This document shows positions 35,002 through 44,534 of a stretch of DNA of 54,707 nt, in pieces. Positions within the stretch are counted from its first letter, which is position 1. Every line of letters begins with the position of its first letter. The notes below the pieces were generated by a model. The model saw only the letters and a program-made list of their open reading frames with translations. It ran no database searches and was not told the DNA's origin. The DNA is from a virus (lineage: Duplodnaviria; Caudoviricetes), in IMG/VR virus record IMGVR_UViG_3300049058_000028, positions 1 through 54,707 of that record. One strand, written 5' to 3'. A program made the position numbers and the translations under genes.

Positions 35002-35292
35002 CTAATCGTAATAACCGCACGCACAGGCATAACCGGCTGCGTAAATCGCGGATGACTGATGACTGTCTTCGGCAGGCTTTGGTTTGTCGTGCGCTAAATA
35101 GCAGGACTCACAGCGAATCACGTACACGAATTTGCTGCCCCGGCGAGGACTTGAGCGGGAAAGGCGGCCTGTCAGGTTCGCGCCGCGATGTCGATACAGC
35201 CGACCCTCACCCGCGTTCACCGAAGCGCTGCAATCAAAACAATTACCAGCATACTTATTTCGATCTCGCTCTTTTGTTTCTCTGTTTGCCAT
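35002..35292 (-). CDS. Zn-finger protein, first gene of the leftward early transcript
   Basis: NKYAGNCFDC...GEG...CESC; AGGAG RBS. Confidence 0.7.
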   Translation of the reverse strand: MANRETKERDRNKYAGNCFDCSASVNAGEGRLYRHRGANLTGRLSRSSPRRGSKFVYVIRCESCYLAHDKPKPAEDSHQSSAIYAAGYACACGYYD

Positions 35293-35324
35293 TGCGTCTC
35301 TCTCCTGTTCACTCAAGTCTATTT

Positions 35325-35445
35325 ACCGCCAAGAGCAAGCGCGGCGATCTTCGCTCCGAAAACCAAGCTCGCTACTTTTCCCGGCTAACCCTAACCCCTC
35401 TTCAAGATCAGCCCTCGTCTTCAAACGCGCTTGCTCTTGCGCGAT
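35325..35445 (-). ncRNA. Structured 5' leader RNA
   Basis: Perfect 14-bp inverted repeat 35330-43/35426-39 starting just after the -10; inner stems. Confidence 0.55.
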
Positions 35446-35447
35446 TC

Positions 35448-35521
35448 GGAGTATACTCCCATTAGAATAGATGTCAACAAGTATTTCGTTGTTGACTTTC
35501 GGAACGAAGTTAATTTATAGT
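35448..35521. promoter_or_regulatory. Divergent promoter pair with operators
   Basis: Left TTGACA-N16-TATACT; right TTGACT-N18-TATAGT; GTCAACAA-N8-TTGTTGAC over both -35s; palindrome GGAGTATACTCC over the left -10. Confidence 0.8.
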
Positions 35522-35528
35522 GGCGGGC

Positions 35529-35717
35529 ATGGGAAGAACAGCATCACCAGATACCAAAGTGCAGGTTGCCGGACGCGTGGCTCCTGTAATCAAATTGCTC
35601 ATTGACGAAATAGCCGACAAGGAACAGCGCACCGCTTCTCAGGCGCTGGAGATCTTGCTCAAAGAGTCGCCCCGCGTTAAGGCGAAGATTCGTGATAACA
35701 GCAAGGTTAAGAAGTGA
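35529..35717 (+). CDS. RHH-like regulator (leaderless)
   Basis: VQVAGRVAPVIKLLIDEIADKEQRTASQALEILL; ATG 7 nt after the -10. Confidence 0.7.
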   Translation: MGRTASPDTKVQVAGRVAPVIKLLIDEIADKEQRTASQALEILLKESPRVKAKIRDNSKVKK

Positions 35718-35760
35718 ATTCAACTCCTAAACCAGTCTAAATCCCGAAAGGAAAGCTAAA

Positions 35761-36111
35761 ATGGCAGAAGAGAACTACGTCAGCCTCGACACAATAGGTC
35801 AAGGCGCAGCGGTCGAGTTGTTTAATGATGAGCTCGGGCGAGTGCTCAAGAATATCCTGGATTTCAACACAAAACCCACCGTAACTAGACGTATTACATT
35901 GACGGTGGATATTAAGCCGGATGAAGACCGTTCATTCGGGACGGTGCTAATCCAAACTCAGTGCAAGCTGGCACCAAGCAAGGGCGTGGGCACGGCGGTA
36001 TACATTGGCATGAAAGCGGGAGAGCCGGTCGCAACCGAACGGGATAACCGCCAGTTAGCGTTTGATGACAACGTTATCGGCATGAAGAAGGAGAGTACGA
36101 ATGCCAAATAA
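35761..36111 (+). CDS. Conserved phage protein (often annotated replication-terminator-like)
   Basis: GAAVELFNDELGRVLKNILDFNT...RRITLTV..KP...KLAP. Confidence 0.7.
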   Translation: MAEENYVSLDTIGQGAAVELFNDELGRVLKNILDFNTKPTVTRRITLTVDIKPDEDRSFGTVLIQTQCKLAPSKGVGTAVYIGMKAGEPVATERDNRQLAFDDNVIGMKKESTNAK

Positions 36112-36859
36112 CAACGAAGTCCCATTAATCCCATCGGATGCCGTTAAGGCTATCCAAGATTCCGTGTATACCTCAACGATTGCGGTGGACGAGGACGAGT
36201 TTACTAATCGGCCTGTTTTCTTACCACCAAAAGAGTATCTGCCCGCATCGCTAAACATTAACACGCTTTCAGGTGTCGCTGAGTACGTCAACAACGGCGT
36301 TGATAAAGAAGATGTTGCCGATGGTTGGATGATCCATGTCGTTGATCCGGCGACGGTTACGATAGTTAGTGGGTTATTCGGTCGCGCGGAACAAAGACGC
36401 GAATATCTCAGGGCATCAGCACAGGCCGTGCTGAACGATGCTAGCTTCCGTTTTGGCGAGTTTTACGATTATGAGACGTTTAACATTAAGTTGCAATCAG
36501 TGTTCGTTGAGAACGATGATCGCGAGCGCGTTTTGCGACTTGTGGGGAATATCAAAGAAGAAAATGTCCGACAAACAAACGATGATGGGGTGACGCAGTC
36601 GGTCACTGCCCGGGCCGGAATTGCTCGCGTTGAGGACATGCCGGTTCCGAATCCCGTGGACCTGATGCCCTATCGAACGTTCCGAGAAGTTACACAGCCA
36701 TCATCTAAATTCATACTCAGGTTGCGACAGGGGCGTGAGGGCGTCATGCCATCTTGCGCACTTTTCGAGGCGGATGGTGGCGGCTGGAAATTGCGAGCCA
36801 TTCAATCTATAGCTACATACCTCCGTGAGAACATCGAAACGATTACGATCATTGCTTAA
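36101..36859 (+). CDS. Conserved phage protein, partner of the upstream gene
   Basis: DDGVTQSVTARAG...VPNPVDLMPYRTFREVTQPSSKFILR...ALFEADGGGWK. Confidence 0.7.
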   Translation: MPNNNEVPLIPSDAVKAIQDSVYTSTIAVDEDEFTNRPVFLPPKEYLPASLNINTLSGVAEYVNNGVDKEDVADGWMIHVVDPATVTIVSGLFGRAEQRREYLRASAQAVLNDASFRFGEFYDYETFNIKLQSVFVENDDRERVLRLVGNIKEENVRQTNDDGVTQSVTARAGIARVEDMPVPNPVDLMPYRTFREVTQPSSKFILRLRQGREGVMPSCALFEADGGGWKLRAIQSIATYLRENIETITIIA

Positions 36860-36863
36860 AGTT

Positions 36864-36955
36864 CCGAGTGTCGCGCTGTGGGAGGCAGCGATGCTTGGCG
36901 GGGAGTAGCGTAGAAGGTGAGTCAGGAACCCTCGGCCTTTGCGTTGCTCCCACTT
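36864..36955 (+). ncRNA. Tandem G-U-rich stem-loops (regulatory RNA candidate)
   Basis: Stem 36864-36898 and stem 36901-36951; the wobble pairs form only on the + strand. Confidence 0.5.
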
Positions 36956-36975
36956 TGAAGAAAGGGGCGTAAATC

Positions 36976-37656
36976 ATGGAATCAATTCTATCAGGGCCGC
37001 TCATTGATGCGGCAGAAGTCGTAACTCTTAACAAAGACGATGCGCTGGAAAAGTTCAATGAGTACAAAGCCGCGCTTCGCATCAGTCGGTCCCAACATGA
37101 CCGGATGATGAAAGCGGTTTATGGCGCACTCTCAGAAGGACTCGGAATAATTAACCCACGAGCCGCGATCATCAAAGCCGGAGTTGAGTCAATTAATTTT
37201 CATCCAAAGCTGGCTATCTCCCGAGCCGATCACGATACGGTTTTCTTTCGTCGCAACCATTGGGTGAACGAAGCGTTCTTTTCGTCTTCCGAGCGATACT
37301 TCCTGGCGCATTCAAACAAGGCCGCACAGGCTAAGCGAGATCAGTTTGCGTTCGGAGTCGGACAGCTACCAAGGTCTGATGAGCTTTGGGGGAAGTCCGG
37401 AAATTTGTACACGCAAACCGTCAAAGCGACTGTTCCCATCATCCCACCCGAACATCGACCAACAACCCGACATCTAGGCGACTACTCGATTCTTTGGGAA
37501 GTAGAAAAGTGGGAAGCCTTGCCACGGCCACAGCGCGCGCCGGGAGACCCGATGCTGCTAAAGCCCCTGGCTCAGACAGGACTCTACGCAGTCATGGCTC
37601 ACTGGGATCTCACTGAGATCGAAAAGATGGTTCTGGGAGCAATGTACGGGAACTGA
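36976..37656 (+). CDS. Conserved phage hypothetical protein
   Basis: VPIIPPEHRP...ILWEVEKW...GDPMLL...HWDLTEIE. Confidence 0.75.
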   Translation: MESILSGPLIDAAEVVTLNKDDALEKFNEYKAALRISRSQHDRMMKAVYGALSEGLGIINPRAAIIKAGVESINFHPKLAISRADHDTVFFRRNHWVNEAFFSSSERYFLAHSNKAAQAKRDQFAFGVGQLPRSDELWGKSGNLYTQTVKATVPIIPPEHRPTTRHLGDYSILWEVEKWEALPRPQRAPGDPMLLKPLAQTGLYAVMAHWDLTEIEKMVLGAMYGN

Positions 37657-37697
37657 GGTAGATTTGGGGCATCGGTGAAACAGGACTGGAGAACTAG

Positions 37698-37934
37698 ATG
37701 AGCGAAAACTCTACATGTGGGATGCTTTCAAATAAACAGTTAAGAATTTATAAATTCTTGGAAAATTATATCGCCTCCAACAAAGAAGCTCCTACTATGG
37801 CCGAAATAGGTCGGCAGTTTCAGTTACGCTCGTCTCAAAGCGTCTATGCAATTCTGGTTGCTATTGAGAATCAGGGATTGATTGAGCGGGTGCCAAACGT
37901 AGCGCGAGGGATAAGGCTGGTCATCGAAACGTAA
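37698..37934 (+). CDS. LexA-type winged-HTH DNA-binding domain only
   Basis: LSNKQLRIYKFL...PTMAEIGRQFQLRS...GLIERVPNVARGI; no peptidase domain. Confidence 0.88.
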   Translation: MSENSTCGMLSNKQLRIYKFLENYIASNKEAPTMAEIGRQFQLRSSQSVYAILVAIENQGLIERVPNVARGIRLVIET

Positions 37935-38076
37935 CTCCCCGCACCAATACCAGCAAGGTTAATGCTACCAGCACAACAAATATGATCAGCTTCTGATTTT
38001 CGGTCACTCGCGGCACAAGGTTGATCAGGATGGCGAGCAACAATAGGACCAGCACGATGATGATAACAGTTTCCAT
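37921..38076 (-). CDS. Small two-TM membrane protein (51 aa; holin-like)
   Basis: METVIIIVLVLLLLAILINLVPRVTENQKLIIFVVLVALTLLVLVRGVTFR; last gene of the late operon. Confidence 0.65.
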   Translation of the reverse strand: METVIIIVLVLLLLAILINLVPRVTENQKLIIFVVLVALTLLVLVRGVTFR

Positions 38077-38079
38077 TGC

Positions 38080-38445
38080 CTATCCCCCCAGTCTCACTTC
38101 CGGCAACACTGTTAGTTTGCCCCTTGCAATAGTGTGACCTGCGCCATCAGTTAGATCATAAAACAACTGAACTGGTGGCGTGATCCGGTTTGGTATGTCA
38201 GGAGCTTGTGTGTCCGCAGCGTCAATAGCTATCTGTACTTGGGCGGGAGTTGATTCGTTACCCGCTACCGTGATCGCAATACCTTCCCCTGATGATTTAG
38301 AAATAATGGCGTCTTCGTCGGCATCGCGGAGCCGCTTCTTAACAGTAAAGTAAAGATCGGCTGCGGCACTGGCCGGGTCAATTACGGCTAATAGGCGCTC
38401 GTTATCGCCACGCTGGATTTCCAGATCTTGGTCCGCTATTGCCAT
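38080..38445 (-). CDS. BppU-N-like Ig-fold virion protein
   Basis: LEIQRGD...FTVK...IDAADT...YDL...GKLTV. Confidence 0.65.
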   Translation of the reverse strand: MAIADQDLEIQRGDNERLLAVIDPASAAADLYFTVKKRLRDADEDAIISKSSGEGIAITVAGNESTPAQVQIAIDAADTQAPDIPNRITPPVQLFYDLTDGAGHTIARGKLTVLPEVRLGG

Positions 38446-40808
38446 TTGCTGATTACCGCGTTCGGCTTGGATTGTACAACAATTACGGCAGAATGGTCAG
38501 AAACAACCGTAATAATTGCAGTCGGCTGAGCAGTTAAATCTACGCTCAATGAGGGGATACTGGTAGCGGTATGTACGTGATAGGAATCGGCAATAACCAA
38601 CGTTGCCGCCGAGACACCCAAGGCAATATTTTCTCCCAGGTGAACATGGATGGCAGACTGAGCGGTTAAGTTGATAAAGACTGCCAGCGTTAAATCATCC
38701 GCAAAATGCGCGTGAGCTGCGTCAGTCACCACAAGCCCGTGGGCCTGCGTGATTGTCAGGTTGTCACCTAACTGCGCGTGCGTGGAACTCGCAACAATTA
38801 GATCGCCTTCCGCTCCTATCGTTGGTGTTTCAGCGACTTGAGCATGTATAGCGTTTTGGATCGTTAAGAAGTGGGACTGACCGAGAGTTAGATTTATCGC
38901 TGTTTGTGGGTGGACTGTACTCTCAACCGTGAGCGCATGCATCTGCGTTAAAGTCAAACTTTCAACGGCTTGTTCATGTATGCCGTTCGCCACATCTAAC
39001 ACATGAGCCTGAGCTAGCAATACAGAATCAACAACATGGTTATGAGCGCTACCTGCAATCAATAATGAATGAGCTTGCACCAGAGTCACGTTATCAGCGA
39101 CGTGCGCATGTGTCGCATCCTGCGTCTCAAGTGCAATAGTCACTGAGACGTTTACGTTTTCAGCCTCATGGCCGTGATTGACATCACTGACTATCAGTAA
39201 GTGCGTTTGAGTTAGGCTAACGCTGTTTGCTGCGTGCTCGTGGGTCGTATCCGCCACACCCAATATGATGGCTAACGTCACACTCTCAGCAGCGTGTTGA
39301 TGGGTGCCATCTACGACTACCAACTCGTGGACCTGCGTGAGTGCAGGGCCGACTATTAGGTGCGCGTGAGTACTATCCTGGACTACCAACGCGTGGACTT
39401 GGGCCAGCGTGATGCTGGTTGCTGAATGACTGTGCGCGGCACTGTTAACCGCCAGCTCATGCACCTGGGCAAGCACCACACTACCCGCAGCATGAGCATG
39501 GGCCGCATCCTGTACCACCAGATCAATGGCCCCAACCCCAGTGGGACTTTTAATCTCTACCAGCCCCACCAGCGTTGGACTAGCAGTGGAAAGCGTGAAT
39601 GAGGCGCTGGCCGCAGAGCCCACGGCGTTGAATGTTTGATCGGCGCACGTGATGCCCAGTCCGTCCATGCGCTCAGACCAGCCAGCCGGAGCAGTAAATG
39701 TTGGCGTGGCATCCGCAACGCAGGTAGCCTGTACCAGACTGTGCGAGTAGCTACGTGATAGCGCGTCCCATGTGGACGTAGTTGACGAAGCGCGAGCATC
39801 GGCATCAAAAGTTCCTAATGCGGCAGTCTGACGGCAGTTGTAATAGGTGGTTATGCAGGCGCTGATTTCCCCGGTGCCGGTGCGATTGAATTGCATGTTG
39901 GGAGAAACCGTTGCATAACACCAAAACTTCTTGACACTGGAGCCGCCGCCAGAAGTGGTACCAGACCAAACGCCGCCAATCTCAGTCCATAGACCAGAAT
40001 CGGCAGCGCTGAGTGTCGTTGAGCCTGCACCTTCAACCGTCGCAATCATCACATCGGCATTGCCGTTTACGTCGCTGTTGGTGGTGCCTGTTGGTTTAGT
40101 TGGCGTGACACTGGTGCCTGATGCCGTAGTCGCTTGTGCGCCAGTGCGATAGTAGGGGTAATCAGTGCCGGGGATGCAGATGACGCCTGATGCCCAACGC
40201 GCGCCAGACGTGGGAGACGCATCCTGATTGCTGAGCGACGTATTCTGATCAGCAATCGCTTGGCTTCCAGCGTTTATTACCAAAGTACCGCTAACGACGG
40301 CCTCCGCGTCTTGCGTGTACCCAGAAGGATCAGGCGCGTTGGTGGCCGCACGTGCGCCGTAACAGTGCAAAGCGAGGATTTCGGGCACAGGCGTAACGAC
40401 TGTTGGGGGGCGAATCGGATTAGCCGTTCCAGTGCTAAAACCGCGTTGTCCATAGTTGGGGGTGACGAAAGGCGATTCAAGATCGGCGCCGCGAATAGTG
40501 CGGCAAGTAGCAAGGCGGGTAACAGTCGCCCCAAGCGTGCAGACTGGGTTTGCAAGTGGTAGCGAGTCGCCTGGCAGCACCTTCCGCCACAGCCACGTAC
40601 CAACAATGCCGTTGCTGGAGGTACCAACAGTGCGTTGGTCTATACGGCTCCAGCCGGTCGGATTGCCAGTCCACAACACATTGCCTGTGTTGGCGACATA
40701 GAGGATCAGCAGGTCGTTGGCTGCGTGTGTTGAGAGAGTGACCGTAAGGGTTGACCCCGTACCGCCGGGGTTAGTTGCTACTGCATTGAAGACGGTTGGA
40801 CCAGCCAT
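38436..40808 (-). CDS. Fibre protein A: two related beta-sandwich domains plus 15 His-x-His repeats
   Basis: T/S/G-rich tandem domains, then ~22-aa repeats LxVxxxxHxHxxxxxxLxQxH. Confidence 0.75.
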   Translation of the reverse strand: MAGPTVFNAVATNPGGTGSTLTVTLSTHAANDLLILYVANTGNVLWTGNPTGWSRIDQRTVGTSSNGIVGTWLWRKVLPGDSLPLANPVCTLGATVTRLATCRTIRGADLESPFVTPNYGQRGFSTGTANPIRPPTVVTPVPEILALHCYGARAATNAPDPSGYTQDAEAVVSGTLVINAGSQAIADQNTSLSNQDASPTSGARWASGVICIPGTDYPYYRTGAQATTASGTSVTPTKPTGTTNSDVNGNADVMIATVEGAGSTTLSAADSGLWTEIGGVWSGTTSGGGSSVKKFWCYATVSPNMQFNRTGTGEISACITTYYNCRQTAALGTFDADARASSTTSTWDALSRSYSHSLVQATCVADATPTFTAPAGWSERMDGLGITCADQTFNAVGSAASASFTLSTASPTLVGLVEIKSPTGVGAIDLVVQDAAHAHAAGSVVLAQVHELAVNSAAHSHSATSITLAQVHALVVQDSTHAHLIVGPALTQVHELVVVDGTHQHAAESVTLAIILGVADTTHEHAANSVSLTQTHLLIVSDVNHGHEAENVNVSVTIALETQDATHAHVADNVTLVQAHSLLIAGSAHNHVVDSVLLAQAHVLDVANGIHEQAVESLTLTQMHALTVESTVHPQTAINLTLGQSHFLTIQNAIHAQVAETPTIGAEGDLIVASSTHAQLGDNLTITQAHGLVVTDAAHAHFADDLTLAVFINLTAQSAIHVHLGENIALGVSAATLVIADSYHVHTATSIPSLSVDLTAQPTAIITVVSDHSAVIVVQSKPNAVISKWQ
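38547..39521 (-). repeat. 15 degenerate ~66-nt coding repeats
   Basis: Counted by hand from LVVQDAAHAH to LVIADSYHVH. Confidence 0.85.
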
Positions 40809-40834
40809 CAGGTTTCCACTTCCGCGCCTACAAG

Positions 40835-40843
40835 TGATAAAAT
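40835..40843 (+). promoter_or_regulatory. Extended -10 promoter, leaderless
   Basis: TGaTAAAAT-N7-ATG. Confidence 0.6.
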
Positions 40844-40850
40844 TCGTCGC

Positions 40851-41183
40851 ATGAACGAATCCTACGAATCAACCCTAACCGCAGCAACTAATCAAGAGTT
40901 TAGCAGGTTCAAGGCTGTGCCATCGGATCAACTTCCGCCACTACTCGCACCCAAGACAACAGCCCTTGAACGTCTGGCAAGTATCATCCACAGTGGCGGC
41001 GGCCGTCTCCTGTGTTACCACGAAGGCAGTGACGGCGCGGGTGCCGCTATCGCCGCGTTTCCACAAGGTATCAGGCTGTACAAGAGTAAGCCCCGTCGCG
41101 AGTATCATATATGCAGTGACCTTTCGTGGAATGTGCTGGCAGTTACTAAAAACGATTTAGGCAACTACGCTGACCCGGCTTAG
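40851..41183 (+). CDS. Antisense moron, hypothetical protein
   Basis: Exactly fills the gap between the two fibre genes; has its own promoter. Confidence 0.6.
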   Translation: MNESYESTLTAATNQEFSRFKAVPSDQLPPLLAPKTTALERLASIIHSGGGRLLCYHEGSDGAGAAIAAFPQGIRLYKSKPRREYHICSDLSWNVLAVTKNDLGNYADPA

Positions 41184-44092
41184 ATCACAATCTCATCAAC
41201 CCGTCGCAGCTCTAGGCTGGTATTTGTGCCAGCAACGTCGATGTCCACGCTTACCTCTACGCCAGGGCTGAGCACAACGATACCTACCTCGTCACCACCT
41301 TGTGACTCAATGATGGCTTGCTGTTGCGGCACTTCACCCTCAGCAGTGCGTGAGCTGATAACCGTGGTTACTACCGCGCTAGGGGCTTCAACAACTACAT
41401 TCTTCAACTCGTACTCAGCAGGCGGATCACCGCCCATGCTGTCGCTGGTGCTGGCTGATGAGGCTAGTAGTTGCAGGGGGAACAAGGGATCGTCAGTGTT
41501 TGGGCCTTCGTAACAAACAACAATGCCGCATTCGTAGAGCGTGGCGTCGGTTAGATCCTCAACATTCACTAACGCCATGCCTATGGCATCGGCGTCTGAC
41601 GGATAGGTGGTAGAAGTAATTGGGTAGCGCATCAGCGAAGGCGCAACCGTCAACTGTCCACCAGCAAAGTTCTCAAGAATGTCGCTGCCATTGGCAACTA
41701 GGTAAATATACCCGCCACCACCACCAAGAAATGCCTTAGTCCACGCCCACGCCATATAGCCGACAATGGATTCGCTGGAGATGTCAAGGTCACCCGCTGA
41801 TGCGGCTTGCAGCGTGTAGGTCTGGCGCACGGTACCGATTGACGTTGAGTGCTGCTTGTAGTTTGTCTCGCTTAGTGGGCGCTCATTCACCGCGCCCGTG
41901 CCACCTGTAGTGGTCCAGTTGTCCTGATTGACACTGGCAGGTAACTTGGCTGTCACTAGTTTGTTGCCGGGATCAGAGAGGTCGTTACCATCGTCAACGT
42001 AAAGATGTGTAAACCACGCAAGGTGATCAGCGCCGGGGTTGCCGATCCAACCGTAGAGTAAGTTCGTTATCAGGCCCTCATCCACGATGCCGGTTTGCAT
42101 GGTAACCAGGGAAAGCTCCAAGACCCCGTTGACGTACAGATTGACATCGAGATCATCAAGGCCGTGGTGAATGTAGGAAAGGCCGATTCTGTAATCTGTG
42201 TTTGGAAGTAGTTCAGTGATACCGTCATAACCTGTTCCAAGTTCAGAGAATGCGCCACCCTCAACGTACCTCAACACTACGCCTGCGCCTTTCGGAGTGA
42301 CCGCTAGAAACAAGCCGTCGTTTCCTCCTTCATCAACACTTGACAGTATCCCCACTGGCAAGTGAAGCACAACCTCCACTTTCACATAGTCCCAGCTCTG
42401 CGTGTGCGCTGTGTCAGTATCGCCGCGTCGGGCTTCGGCAATGACCTCGAATATGGCATCATTAAAGTCTGGCGGCGTCCAACCACGCTCTGCGGTGATG
42501 TCTACCGTAACCACCGTATCCACCAGCGGCATGTCCGTATTGTCATAGTTCGGGCCTTCAACGCCGTCAATGCGCGTCTTTACGCGGGAGATGCCAATGG
42601 ACGTGTTAACGTCGTACTTGCGCTCGTAGATGATCTTGACTGAATCAATAACAGCGGAAGGTGGGACGGTGCTTTCAAGACCACTAAAACCGAGAGCGTT
42701 GCCTTGGCCTGAATTTCTAGCCGGAGACGCGGTGGCATATACATCATTATCAATATCTAAGTTACTAAAATTGCTAAACCCTCCCCCTGAATAGGCTGGG
42801 CCATCTGATTCAAACCTCGTAACCGTTACCGAATCATCCAGTACCGATTCATAGCGCCAGTAGAAGCTGATACGTCGGCTTGCTCCCAACACTCCCGGCA
42901 CTTTGACAATTGCCTGCTCGCCAGTGTCGGAGTCAAACTTCCATGAGCCTGCACCCGCAACCTGTTGACCAGAGTCGTAACTTACTGCGCCAGTAACGAC
43001 GCTATTGAAGTGTCCCACCGCCTGTACCGCATCACCGCCAGGGTCAAGCCACGTAATCAGGAACGTGCGTGCGTCGGGGCTCTGTGCGATGTGTGCATGG
43101 ACTGCATTAGCCACAGCGAGCACATGCGTCTGAGTCAGCGTTACCGTAGTTACCGAATGCTCATGACTAGCATTTTGAACAGTTAAATCGTAGACCTCAG
43201 TGAGCGTGATACTGCCTGTCGTTTGAGCGTGAGCAGCATTCTCAACGACAAGCCCGTGAACCTGTGTGAGGGTGACACTAGTTGTTGTGTGTGTGTGACC
43301 GGCACTTGCAACCACAACGGAGTGGGCCTGAGTCAACGCAATGTTGGCTACCGAATGAGCATGAGCGACATCTTGGACGGTAAGATTCGCTTCAACGCCC
43401 TGGACTACCCACAACGCCGCCCCTGTTTCAGCGGCAGAAATCGTTCCTGTCATACGCAGTGTTGCCGTTGCTCCCGCGCTTACCAGCCGATAGCCAAGGT
43501 CCGCCGCTCCATCATCTCCCGTAGTTGTCGAATGATGTGTGGCAGGAGACTCGACATAGTTCCCATTCCATGTGATCGCTCCGGCTGAATCGTCAATGCC
43601 GCTAGTGGGCCGCGTCATGATGGCGGTATCGTCACGGATACCAATCAGCCCCATGACTACGCCACCGCCAAGCACGTTAGCAGTTGAACTGGCTGAGACG
43701 GTTTGCGAGGTAGTAGTCCAATTCGTCATGGCCGCAGTCACGGCAACGGGCGTTAGCCACGTGTCGCTCGCGGCCTTCGCCATGACCATGATTACGACAC
43801 TGGCGTTGGTAGGGCTTGCGGAAAAGTCTATGGTGGGGTCTGTATCACCGGATTGCCAATCACGATACCAACAACCTACTTTGACCGAGCCCGTTCCATT
43901 ACCTGTAGCCGTAGATCCATCTGCAAATCCAATTAATTCGGTCCAGTTGGCAACTGTGGCCGTAATTGAGAAGTCTTTCCAGCGCGCAAACAAATACATG
44001 CGGTCACCAGCCTGTGGAGTCGCGGGAATGGCAACCGTACCATCGGCTACTAACTCAGCCCATGTACCTGTAACTCGAAAAGAAACTGCCAT
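41180..44092 (-). CDS. Fibre protein B: N-terminal beta domain, 5 His-x-His repeats, lectin/LamG-like C-terminal domains
   Basis: Same repeat as fibre A; NLYVNGVLE LamG-like strand; acidic and beta-rich. Confidence 0.75.
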   Translation of the reverse strand: MAVSFRVTGTWAELVADGTVAIPATPQAGDRMYLFARWKDFSITATVANWTELIGFADGSTATGNGTGSVKVGCWYRDWQSGDTDPTIDFSASPTNASVVIMVMAKAASDTWLTPVAVTAAMTNWTTTSQTVSASSTANVLGGGVVMGLIGIRDDTAIMTRPTSGIDDSAGAITWNGNYVESPATHHSTTTGDDGAADLGYRLVSAGATATLRMTGTISAAETGAALWVVQGVEANLTVQDVAHAHSVANIALTQAHSVVVASAGHTHTTTSVTLTQVHGLVVENAAHAQTTGSITLTEVYDLTVQNASHEHSVTTVTLTQTHVLAVANAVHAHIAQSPDARTFLITWLDPGGDAVQAVGHFNSVVTGAVSYDSGQQVAGAGSWKFDSDTGEQAIVKVPGVLGASRRISFYWRYESVLDDSVTVTRFESDGPAYSGGGFSNFSNLDIDNDVYATASPARNSGQGNALGFSGLESTVPPSAVIDSVKIIYERKYDVNTSIGISRVKTRIDGVEGPNYDNTDMPLVDTVVTVDITAERGWTPPDFNDAIFEVIAEARRGDTDTAHTQSWDYVKVEVVLHLPVGILSSVDEGGNDGLFLAVTPKGAGVVLRYVEGGAFSELGTGYDGITELLPNTDYRIGLSYIHHGLDDLDVNLYVNGVLELSLVTMQTGIVDEGLITNLLYGWIGNPGADHLAWFTHLYVDDGNDLSDPGNKLVTAKLPASVNQDNWTTTGGTGAVNERPLSETNYKQHSTSIGTVRQTYTLQAASAGDLDISSESIVGYMAWAWTKAFLGGGGGYIYLVANGSDILENFAGGQLTVAPSLMRYPITSTTYPSDADAIGMALVNVEDLTDATLYECGIVVCYEGPNTDDPLFPLQLLASSASTSDSMGGDPPAEYELKNVVVEAPSAVVTTVISSRTAEGEVPQQQAIIESQGGDEVGIVVLSPGVEVSVDIDVAGTNTSLELRRVDEIVI
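43070..43384 (-). repeat. 5 degenerate 22-aa coding repeats
   Basis: From LTVQDVAHAH to LAVANAVHAH. Confidence 0.85.
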
Positions 44093-44165
44093 TATTAGTG
44101 AAAAGGCCCGACGATGCGCCGAGCCTTGCTTTACAGTTTTTGATTAGCGGGCTCTTGGCGGTGAA

Positions 44166-44534
44166 CTAAGCCGGATCAGCAAGCTCGTATTTATGAGCTG
44201 GGATGTTCACGGTATTACCACTCGTAAGAGCCTGAGGCGTACAAGTTGTTACTCGCAGCAGCCTTGTTGCATCGCAAAGTGCTACATGCGTTGCCGTGCC
44301 GCTAAAGTCAACCGGAACAGCACTCTTTGCGGCAACTGTGACCTTTCGCCCCGACGTGTCACCATCAGCTTTCGTGTAGTCCGTCCCGGGGGTCATCGCC
44401 ACGTCAGCCAACTTAAAGGTTGTTATTGCCTCGGTGCGCGTCGTGGGCTCAGCAGAGCAGACGGTCATGATATCGGCCAGCGCAGTCTCATCATGTGAGG
44501 CATCCAGCACGTCATTATTGACTGACTTCCCCAT
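44166..44534 (-). CDS. Small beta-rich virion or fibre subunit (122 aa)
   Basis: SGRKVTVAAK...SGTATHVAL...QALTSGNTVNIPA, a pattern seen upstream of long fibre genes in phages. Confidence 0.7.
   Translation of the reverse strand: MGKSVNNDVLDASHDETALADIMTVCSAEPTTRTEAITTFKLADVAMTPGTDYTKADGDTSGRKVTVAAKSAVPVDFSGTATHVALCDATRLLRVTTCTPQALTSGNTVNIPAHKYELADPA

Noticed and set aside
35385-35398. Telomere-like TTAGGG sequence
   Set aside because: Fewer than two full units, so chance level; kept only as part of the G-run observation.
34740-35465. 241-aa + strand ORF
   Set aside because: Antisense to real genes and the leader RNA; Ser/Arg-rich with no motif.
38547-43384. Shufflon or invertible fibre switching between the two fibre genes
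   Set aside because: The genes are co-oriented, the repeats are degenerate at DNA level, and there is no invertase or inverted crossover site.
44151-44162. 12-nt complementarity (ACCGCCAAGAGC) to the 35325 leader RNA
   Set aside because: Many 12-mer matches are expected by chance in 55 kb; no extended pairing.
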